Assembly: GCA_048538215.1 (NCBI GenBank)
Contig: JBLYPV010000001.1
Coordinates: 333,499 to 397,498, forward strand
Origin: Patescibacteria group bacterium
Lineage (GTDB): Bacteria > Patescibacteriota > Minisyncoccia > Phycocordibacterales > GCA-2747955
Length of the DNA stretch: 64,000 nucleotides
Direction of reading: 5' to 3'
The position numbers were made by a program, and so were the translations under genes. Position 1 is the first letter of the stretch, and each line of letters begins with the position of its first letter. This document shows, one piece after another, positions 57,401-64,000 of this stretch. The notes under the pieces were generated by a model that was given only the letters and a program-made list of their open reading frames with translations, was not told where the DNA came from and did no database searches.

Positions 57401-58085
57401 CGTCTTGTAATTCAAATTTGGCGGTCACTGAAATATCAGTGATATCTGCATACCCCTCGGCTACCTCATTATTTGAAAGTGTAGTCTCACATCGAGGACA
57501 CAAGTGCATCGGCTTATAGCCTTTGTAAACAAGCCCCTTTTTATCTAATTCTTTAAAGGCCCACCAGCAAGACTCAGTATAGAGGGGATCCATGGTTTTA
57601 TAATGATCCTCCATATCTACCCAGCGCCCGGTGCGAGGGATAATCTTCTCCCAAGAATCTTTGTAGGCCAATACCTGTGCTTGTGCAGCGGTATTAAAAT
57701 TAGCAATCCCATAATCAATGATCTCTTTGCGACTATTGAGATTAAGATTCTTTTCAATAATGTTTTCAATTGGTAGACCATGACAATCCCATCCCCATTT
57801 TCGTACTACATGATAGCCTTTCATTGTGTAGTAGCGTGGAATAACATCCTTGACTGTGCCTGGTAAAATATGACCATAGTGGGGCAAGCCCGTGGCAAAT
57901 GGAGGCCCGTCATAAAACACATACTCCCCCATCCCTTCTCTACGAGAAAGGGACTTTTTGAAAATATCTTCTTCCTGCCAGAATTTTAGTATGGCTTCTT
58001 CGTCTAAAGCTGTTTGAGATTTTTGTACCTCTTCACTTTGGCCTTTTAGTTTTGATTTTTGAGTTTTACTATGTATATCAGACAT
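54471..58085 (-). CDS. ileS: isoleucine--tRNA ligase (IleS2-type) with inserted histidine-phosphatase-like domain
   Basis: YDGPPFATGLPHYGH, GWDCHGLP, WTTTPWTLP, DQTRGWFY, KMSK. Confidence 0.95.
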   Translation of the reverse strand: MSDIHSKTQKSKLKGQSEEVQKSQTALDEEAILKFWQEEDIFKKSLSRREGMGEYVFYDGPPFATGLPHYGHILPGTVKDVIPRYYTMKGYHVVRKWGWDCHGLPIENIIEKNLNLNSRKEIIDYGIANFNTAAQAQVLAYKDSWEKIIPRTGRWVDMEDHYKTMDPLYTESCWWAFKELDKKGLVYKGYKPMHLCPRCETTLSNNEVAEGYADITDISVTAKFELQDEPGTYLLAWTTTPWTLPGNTAIAVGPEVIYVKVAVMREDTREQYILAQSRLEEVMQQAGIPEWEELSVLGSDALVGKSYIPPFDYFYTDTSIEHHENGWKVYEADFVNDESGTGIAHEAPAFGADDYYLAQKQNIPMVHHVTTSGQFVPEVVDFAGMLVKSKEDHQSADIAVIKYLAHRGLLFSKEKIVHSYPHCWRCDTPLLNYATSSWFIATTKLREKMLAENSAMHWVPEHIGHKRFHNWIANNVDWAVSRSRFWGAPLPVWENQTTGEYEILGSIHEIQEKLRSNNHFIVIPHGESVADSTNLVSLEVGAEADRLSERGKDEVLDTSKRISHMLGEHKRKAIDVIAHSPYNCTKQTALMLENALSVKEVREDNRLRKRYLGDDLSGTSEQEFKEAVKQAGISQEGYDAVLEGGEYYREAKKRITEVIYELDEQYENATILLITHPDMIHLAQAGVEGVANEQLAKYREEQKAKAGKEEIYYLDFAPIPHNNEFELDLHRPYLDAVSYKNEKGEPYKLIGEVFDCWYESGSMPYASKYYQGENTPESRIDNFAYPADFICEAIDQTRGWFYSLLALGVGLFEKSPMKNVIVTGFVMAEDGKKMSKKLQNYPELDLVFDRYGADALRYFLLNSPVLRGESVNLSEKDIDEVNKKIVIRLKNTLSFFQIYRDDNIDFTHSPFDSPHPLDRWILSRLEEVLEQATRGLDAYELDRACAPFYDFVEDFSNWYIRRSRSRFKGKDREDIANAQRTTYFVLKEFSKIIAPFMPFTAEYIFRELREAGENESVHLELWPTTRGISYESIAVMARVRELVSRGLEARVSAGLKVRQPLASATLRDELYNADEGTMLSDVINEALMQSIREELNVKAIHFDKNTNVPVVLDSELTPELQEEGDFREFVRHIQNMRKDKNCSPKDKIYLHLQMDESGERMVKRYFSELEDIAGVSGVDFVDTLDGDTQYANELAFRAEMVVLE

Positions 58086-58142
58086 ACTTATATTATTTAG
58101 CTGTGCCTCCCAGTATACCCGATGTGTCGAAAAAATTAAACA

Positions 58143-58590
58143 AAGAAAAAGACTGTGCTGGTTAATCGCGCACAGCCTTCTGGTGGTGCCCCCGTGGGCA
58201 AAATCTCATGGGCTCTTTTTTTTCAGAGCGAACCCCGGGCTCTGTTACTTCCAACGGAAGTGGTACTGGCACCATACTTCCATAGCGACCTCCTTTCTCT
58301 TGTATGGCACATTTGACGATCAATCGCCCAAATGAGCCAGAAGAAGCCTCCACGTGACCCTCACTAGGAGCGAGGATATTGCGGTAGGGCAACCGCTTGT
58401 CGAGTGGTTAGCAAACGAGCGCCACCACTCTGATAGCTCAACGGTGAAGGTGTGCCGTTGAGGTGTGATCACCTCCTTTCAGGAGCGGCCATTGCCGAGC
58501 TCTTTTGCCTTGATTGCGTCCGTTTCGCGGGCGCAGTGAGCCGGACACTTACGAGTCATTCTCGTCTCCTCTCTAATGATCATCCCTTTC
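58143..58590 (-). ncRNA. candidate structured RNA or small-ORF transcript
   Basis: Own TATAAT (58591-58596, minus), terminator ggctgtgc/gcacagtc plus T-run at 58143-58177, many hairpins, only tiny ORFs. Confidence 0.4.
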
Positions 58591-58653
58591 ATTATATTCA
58601 TAATATGCTTGACAATCAAGTAAAATATGTGGATAGCTACTTATCCACAGTTT

Positions 58654-60342
58654 CTACATTTCATCTACTGTATCGATTCCTAAGAGATAGAGTGCGTTGT
58701 GGAGGGTCTGTCCCACGGCTTTTACTAAATCGATATTGGCGCGCATATCAGGATTGGAAGCATCGGCAATTTTGGTCTGAGCATAAAAGCTATTAAATTC
58801 TGAAGCAAGCTCGTAAGCATAGTGAGCAATGTGATGAGGCGAATAATCATCAAGTGAGCGCGTGACCATATCGGGAAATCGCAAAAGCTGGCGCTCAAGC
58901 TCTGGGGCCTTTCCTGTACGGATAGCTGGCTCACTCCCGGTAAGTAATTCTTCTGCCTCCAAGAGAGCACTTTTGGCACGCACAAAAGCATATTGAATAT
59001 AGGGTCCACTCGTGCCCTCAAATGAAAGGTCTCTTTCGAAATCAAAAACGATATTTTTGCCCGTTGCACTACGCAAGATTGCATATTTAAGCGCGGATTG
59101 AGCCACTTTTTCGGCTACTTGCTCTGGATTATCTATATCTCTCCCCTGCATTTTTTCTAATACCCGATTACCCACCTCGTATAATAAATCTTCTGCAAGA
59201 GGCACTTTGCCATCTCGAGAACTAATCTTTCCACTTGAAAGTGCCAAGCGCCCGTGATGAATAAAGTGTGATTTTTCTGACCAGCTTGGATTTATTTGCT
59301 CAACCGCTTTTTTAAGTAATTGAAAATGCTGTTTTTGCTCTATATCTGTGACCGTCAACGAACAATCAAAATTATAAGTGGCAAACTTTTTAGATATAAG
59401 CCCTGTATCTTTGCATAGGTAGGTGCCAAATCCTTGAGAATTGATGAATACATTATCAAAAAGGCCATATTTTGATCCTTCGAAAATAATCGCTCCGTCT
59501 GACTCCACAAACACACTTCCTGTGTAAGTTCGGACTATCTCCTTGCCTACTATTTCACATTCTGACTCAAAAAATAATCGTTCAAAACTACTACCTAAGC
59601 GAGTAGTGATAGATTGAAAATACTCCAAAGAAAGTGCGCGTCCTTCCTTGTATAATCTATAGGCATCAGTATCTTGGCTTTCATATATTTCTCTATTAAT
59701 TTCGTCAATACGCATCTTGGCATCTCTATCTTCTTTGTAGGCTTGCGAGCCGTGAGTATACGCCTCACCTACTTGCTCAATAGTAAATTGATTGGTGTAA
59801 GATAAATCTATCAAGCCCCAAATTGCCTTCGCTATCCCCGGTGAAACATCAGAAGGAAACGACACCGTGTGTGTTTTGGCTCCTGATATGGCGACTATGC
59901 GCTCGAGGGATGCCCCAACAAAATTATTGACCAAGTGCCCAATATGAAATGGCTTAAAAAGATTGGGAGAGCTGTGCTCTAGTAAGTATGTTTGTGTTGC
60001 AAGCTTGTCATTAGCTCCCCACTCGTTTTTAGAATCTATAATTTTTTGTTTAAGGGAAGCAAAAAATGTATTCGAAAGAATAAAATTGATATAGCCAGAG
60101 CCCGCGACCTCTACTCTATCTACTTCACTTGGGAGCCGAGCTCCCAAGTGTGTGGTGATTTGCTCGGCAAGCTCACGAGGATTTTGCCCCAATTGCTTGC
60201 CGAGCTTCATTGCTAGGGGCGTCGCAAAGTCTCCCCTACTTAATTCAACTGGGTACTCTAGCGCAATATCCCCATCATATTCTATCCCCGCCTGAGTGAC
60301 GGCATCTTGCAATAAAGTAGTGAGCTTGGCACGAATATTCAT
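58654..60342 (-). CDS. argS: arginine--tRNA ligase
   Basis: SPNLFKPFHIGH, KISSRDG, FEGTSGPYIQYA.VR, LLGI. Confidence 0.95.
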   Translation of the reverse strand: MNIRAKLTTLLQDAVTQAGIEYDGDIALEYPVELSRGDFATPLAMKLGKQLGQNPRELAEQITTHLGARLPSEVDRVEVAGSGYINFILSNTFFASLKQKIIDSKNEWGANDKLATQTYLLEHSSPNLFKPFHIGHLVNNFVGASLERIVAISGAKTHTVSFPSDVSPGIAKAIWGLIDLSYTNQFTIEQVGEAYTHGSQAYKEDRDAKMRIDEINREIYESQDTDAYRLYKEGRALSLEYFQSITTRLGSSFERLFFESECEIVGKEIVRTYTGSVFVESDGAIIFEGSKYGLFDNVFINSQGFGTYLCKDTGLISKKFATYNFDCSLTVTDIEQKQHFQLLKKAVEQINPSWSEKSHFIHHGRLALSSGKISSRDGKVPLAEDLLYEVGNRVLEKMQGRDIDNPEQVAEKVAQSALKYAILRSATGKNIVFDFERDLSFEGTSGPYIQYAFVRAKSALLEAEELLTGSEPAIRTGKAPELERQLLRFPDMVTRSLDDYSPHHIAHYAYELASEFNSFYAQTKIADASNPDMRANIDLVKAVGQTLHNALYLLGIDTVDEM

Positions 60343-60368
60343 AGCAAGAATTATACCAGAGATAGGAA

Positions 60369-60395
60369 AAGAGCGCGCCCGGAGGGCGCGCTCTT
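60369..60395. terminator. terminator after glyA
   Basis: aagagcgcgccc-gga-gggcgcgctctt. Confidence 0.7.
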
Positions 60396-60420
60396 AAAGC
60401 AAAATCCCAATACTCACACT

Positions 60421-61683
60421 CTAAACAAAGCTACTTGGAATGGGAAATCGTTGGCACAGATCTTTCACTGAAGCGTGCACCCTTTCTTTAATTTCTTGAT
60501 CCTGAGGGCTTCTCAAGACCTCAATCATCCACCTAGCAACTTGAGCACACTCAGCTTCTTTGAAGCCACGAGTGGTAATGGCAGGAGTCCCAAAGCGAAT
60601 ACCAGAAGGATCCATTGGCCCCCTCGGATCATCTGCAATAGAATTTTTATTGAGAGTAATTCCCACTTCGTCTAATACTACCTCTGCTTCTTTGCCAGAA
60701 ATATTCAATGAGGTCATATCCGCAAGGATCAAATGATTATCGGTGCCACCTCCCAGCATTCTTATCCCTTCTTCTCTAAAGACCTCCGCCATAGCTTGGG
60801 CATTAGCAATAATTTGTTGTGCATACTCTTTAAAGCTTGGCTTGAGTGCCTCACCAAAGGCCACTGCTTTGGCGGTAATCAAGTGCATATGTGGCCCGCC
60901 CTGGAGACCAGGGAACACTGCTTTGTTTATCTTTTTAAAAATCTCTTCATCTTCTCGTACCAAAATCATTCCACCACGTGGACCACGAAGTGTTTTGTGA
61001 GTAGTGGTAGTAATGATGTCGAAGCCCGCATGAAAAGGATTCTCAAGCACCCCTCCAGCAATCAGCCCAGCGATATGTGCCATATCAGCCATTGTAATAG
61101 CCCCTACTTCTCGAGCAATCTCGACAAATTTTTGATAATCAAGATTGCGCGAATAGGCAGAAAAGCCTGCAATGATGAGCTTTGGCTTTTCTCGAAGTGC
61201 TAGCTCGCGCATCGCCTCATAATCAATCTCTCCAGTATCAGGATTGCTCATCTTGTAAGTTGTAAACTTATATATTTTGGCAGGGTGAGTCATAGGGTGA
61301 CCATGAGTAAGGTGTCCTCCGTGAGAGAGATCCATACCCATGACTGTATCACCTGGCTCCAACAAGGCGGTGTATACCGCCAGATTAGCTGGAGCCCCCG
61401 AGAGAGGCTGTACATTAGCATAGGCACAATCAAATAACTTACAAGCTCTCTCTTGGGCAAGACGCTCGACTATATCAGTATATTCTTGCCCACCATAATA
61501 GCGCTTACCTGGATAGCCCTCGGAATATTTGTTGGTAAAAATAGAGCCTGCTGCCTCAAGTACCGCCTCTGAGACATAATTTTCAGATGGAATAAGCTCG
61601 AGCCCCTCGCTTTGACGCTTTTCCTCGCCCATTATCGCCTCATATACCTCTATATCTTGATTTTTAATGTGGTTGTATTGCAT
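60421..61683 (-). CDS. glyA: serine hydroxymethyltransferase
   Basis: LIPSEN, YSEGYPGKRYYGG, GGHLTHG, TTTHKTLRGPRGG. Confidence 0.97.
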   Translation of the reverse strand: MQYNHIKNQDIEVYEAIMGEEKRQSEGLELIPSENYVSEAVLEAAGSIFTNKYSEGYPGKRYYGGQEYTDIVERLAQERACKLFDCAYANVQPLSGAPANLAVYTALLEPGDTVMGMDLSHGGHLTHGHPMTHPAKIYKFTTYKMSNPDTGEIDYEAMRELALREKPKLIIAGFSAYSRNLDYQKFVEIAREVGAITMADMAHIAGLIAGGVLENPFHAGFDIITTTTHKTLRGPRGGMILVREDEEIFKKINKAVFPGLQGGPHMHLITAKAVAFGEALKPSFKEYAQQIIANAQAMAEVFREEGIRMLGGGTDNHLILADMTSLNISGKEAEVVLDEVGITLNKNSIADDPRGPMDPSGIRFGTPAITTRGFKEAECAQVARWMIEVLRSPQDQEIKERVHASVKDLCQRFPIPSSFV

Positions 61684-61824
61684 AAAAAATTATTATTGTC
61701 CCGGGTAAATTTTTAAGTTGTATCTATAATTGATACCACTTTAAACTAGAGCCATCCTCCCACCGCCTACTAGGATTAGTATAACAAATCTTCTATCCTT
61801 TTCAGAAAGTATATAATCGACCAT

Positions 61825-62625
61825 CTATGTAATTTTAAGGAGATTCTCAAAAAGCTTGGCTACAGCTATTGGGCCAACTCCTCCTGGGGTAGCTGAGACC
61901 AAACGAGCTTTTTTGTAGCACTCGGGGCTGATATCGCCCTCTACGCTTCCTCGCCTGGTGGCGGTGCCTGCATCAATCAGCACAACACCTTCGCGAATCA
62001 TATCACTCTTCACTATGCTTGGCACTCCGGCACCCGAAATAATAATATCCGCCTTACCCAAGATGCTCTGCTTTTGACTCTCGTCTGTATCTTTATCAAT
62101 TAACAAGGGCGCTACTTTTTGAAAGCGAAGTGCTTCCACAAGTGGCGCTCCCACAAGCCAGCCTTGCCCGATGACGGCTATTTTTTGTGATTGCCAATCG
62201 GGAACATAGCTATCGAGGATCTCGATAATTGCTAGTGCCACGGGGCTCTGTATTGTGCCCATCTTTCTTGTAGATGGATTGAGTGCATCAACATCTTTTT
62301 CTTGGGGAATGGCACCTAGGACAAGGTTGGTATCGTATCCTTCACTCAAGGGCAATTGCACAAGTAGGCCATCTACACGGGACGCCAACTCATGTATTAA
62401 GCGAAGCGCATCACTTGTACTACCCTCCTCTGGTAGAGCATAGTGCTCTACTCTCACTCCAATATCACGAGCAAATGTCTCCTTGCGAGCGACATAAGAG
62501 AGGGTGACTGGGGTGGTATTCCCTGTAATAATTCCTAAGATAGGGGCGCTACCTCGTTTGTCTATATATGACTTGAGCACCAGAGCTATCTCTGATGCTA
62601 TCTCCTTGCCATCAATTATCTCCAT
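61825..62625 (-). CDS. folD: bifunctional methylene-THF dehydrogenase/cyclohydrolase
   Basis: LVQLPL, KDVDA, IDAG, TPGGVGP. Confidence 0.9.
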   Translation of the reverse strand: MEIIDGKEIASEIALVLKSYIDKRGSAPILGIITGNTTPVTLSYVARKETFARDIGVRVEHYALPEEGSTSDALRLIHELASRVDGLLVQLPLSEGYDTNLVLGAIPQEKDVDALNPSTRKMGTIQSPVALAIIEILDSYVPDWQSQKIAVIGQGWLVGAPLVEALRFQKVAPLLIDKDTDESQKQSILGKADIIISGAGVPSIVKSDMIREGVVLIDAGTATRRGSVEGDISPECYKKARLVSATPGGVGPIAVAKLFENLLKIT

Positions 62626-63299
62626 TAGTCTTCATCGTTATCATCCAGTATTCCCTCCATACCAAAGTGCTCGCTATCTTTATCTGATTCTAATTCTTTT
62701 TGAATTGCTCTATCAACATCTACCGATACGGCATCGAAATCTTGATTTGCATCAATTAAGGTATAGCTTATACCCATTTCTTGTATACCCTGCTTGTATC
62801 CTTGATAGATACGGCTTTGATACTCCATTGAGTACTGATCAAAGGAATCAGTATCACCATTTCGTGTGCCTTCCAAGCGCTTAAACGATTCTTCGGGTGG
62901 AATATCTAAAAAAATATAATGCGGATTGATACCTACTGATATGAATTGAGCTTGGGTCTCAAGTAGGTGCTCGAGCACATCATCACGCCCTGATAGATAG
63001 ACTTGATAGGCAAAAGTGGAAAGCTGAAAGCGATCACAAAATACTATCTTTCCTGCCTCCAGAGCTGGAGCTATATTTTCTATTACATTTTGCCAGCGCG
63101 CAGCATGTACTAAATAAAGCTGAGCTACAGGATCAAGATTGCCTGCCTGGGCAAACAAGAGCTCTCGAATTTCCTCACCTGCTTTGGTGGCTCCTGGCTC
63201 ACGCACAAACACGGCATCAGGATATTTTTGTTTGAGCCGTTCTATTTGGGTGGATTTACCTGAGCCACCCACCCCTTCTAGAACAATAAATTTTGACAT
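62625..63299 (-). CDS. tmk: thymidylate kinase
   Basis: EGVGGSGKSTQ, REPG, DRF..ST.AYQ. Confidence 0.93.
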   Translation of the reverse strand: MSKFIVLEGVGGSGKSTQIERLKQKYPDAVFVREPGATKAGEEIRELLFAQAGNLDPVAQLYLVHAARWQNVIENIAPALEAGKIVFCDRFQLSTFAYQVYLSGRDDVLEHLLETQAQFISVGINPHYIFLDIPPEESFKRLEGTRNGDTDSFDQYSMEYQSRIYQGYKQGIQEMGISYTLIDANQDFDAVSVDVDRAIQKELESDKDSEHFGMEGILDDNDED

Positions 63300-63320
63300 A
63301 TATATTATTGTATCAAACTA

Positions 63321-63845
63321 TTATATATCTTTGGAGCTTGCTCGAGAGTATAAAGAAAAAACAAGGTCCCGATTATTTTTAGTATCAGCAGGGCAAACTA
63401 CACGACTGGTCTCGACCAGGTCTTGCTTGAGAATATCGATGGGAAAAAAAGTATCACAATTATAGGCATCCCCTTCAATATGAGTAATGTATACATCATC
63501 TACTAAGCCTGCTTCAATAAACTGTCGATATATCTCCGCCCCACCTACCACAAATGCTTCATTTGTGGTGTAGCTATCTTCAATCTGCCTAATCGCATCC
63601 TCAATTGAATGAACTACAGTGACTCGTGTATCCTCAACGGTGAATGACGCATCTCGTGTGATAACAAAAGTATGTCTCCCGGGGAGCACCCCCATATCTT
63701 GAAAATTTTTGCGTCCGGTAATAATTGGGTGCCCAAGAGTCTTTTGTTTGAAATAGGCAAAATCTGCTGGTAGGTGCCAAGGTATATTACCATTTTTACC
63801 AATACCCCATTTGGCATCACAAGCTACTATAAGTGACACTTTCAT
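63321..63845 (-). CDS. folA: dihydrofolate reductase
   Basis: IG.NG.IPWHLPAD..YFK, GRKN, LPGR, VGGAEIY, DTFFP. Confidence 0.95.
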   Translation of the reverse strand: MKVSLIVACDAKWGIGKNGNIPWHLPADFAYFKQKTLGHPIITGRKNFQDMGVLPGRHTFVITRDASFTVEDTRVTVVHSIEDAIRQIEDSYTTNEAFVVGGAEIYRQFIEAGLVDDVYITHIEGDAYNCDTFFPIDILKQDLVETSRVVCPADTKNNRDLVFSLYSRASSKDI

Positions 63846-63906
63846 ACTGAGAGTATAGCAAATTGTGATAGAATTATCGTATTAGCTAATACAATCAACC
63901 CCGCTT

Positions 63907-64000
63907 ATGAAACAATATCTTGATGCGCTCGATCATATTATGAAGGAAGGCACGGATCGCGAAGGACGCAATGGTATGACCCGTTCTGTATTTGCGATAC
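63907..64000 (+). CDS. thyA: thymidylate synthase, N-terminal fragment (runs off window end)
   Basis: MKQYLDALDHIMKEGTDREGRNGMTRSVF, next to folA. Confidence 0.75.
   Translation, partial: MKQYLDALDHIMKEGTDREGRNGMTRSVFAI

Noticed and set aside
58086-58200. T-box leader for ileS
   Set aside because: No T-box consensus on the minus strand, and ileS appears to have its own -10 box near 58112-58117.
58465-58481. gatcacctcctttc as the 3' end of a 16S rRNA gene
   Set aside because: Flanking sequence has no other 16S signature; better read as an extended SD on the minus strand.
58628-58649. Inverted DnaA-box pair (tgtggatag / ttatccaca) as oriC
   Set aside because: Only two boxes, no dnaA/dnaN nearby and no clear unwinding element; insufficient support.
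61684-61824. ZTP or THF riboswitch upstream of glyA
   Set aside because: Context is suggestive but I could not match the conserved aptamer motifs; needs an Rfam scan.

Overview
Fragment of a small-genome bacterial chromosome whose gene set (short hinge-less SMC, class I aldolase, IleRS with a histidine-phosphatase insert, acidic N-terminally extended L7/L12, several type IV pilins) points to Patescibacteria/CPR (Parcubacteria-like; inference). It is mostly housekeeping: tRNA synthetases, gyrB, rnr, topA, mreBC, dnaE, a rearranged ribosomal-protein cluster, tuf and folate genes. The standout is a complete diversity-generating retroelement (DGR) at about 2.5-5.1 kb on the minus strand: target gene - hairpin - avd - TR - RT. 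Its 141-bp TR/VR pair differs at 10 positions, all TR adenines. The diversified target is a type IV pilin (GFTLIE) carrying a C-terminal CLec/DUF1566-like domain. The cassette lies between two halves of a REP-like element with an 11-bp direct repeat. Other notable signals: a Thr-rich leader peptide plus attenuator upstream of thrS; a low-GC island at tRNA-Ser (recombinase remnant, restriction-modification pair, attC-like site, VWA gene with two in-frame TGA codons); near absence of TGA stops in core genes; repeats built from tRNA-Leu ends; a dispersed 34-bp palindrome family; a structured ~440-nt orphan transcript between argS and ileS; and pervasive -10-N6/7-ATG (leaderless-like) gene starts. 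All calls come from reading the sequence; no database searches were run.
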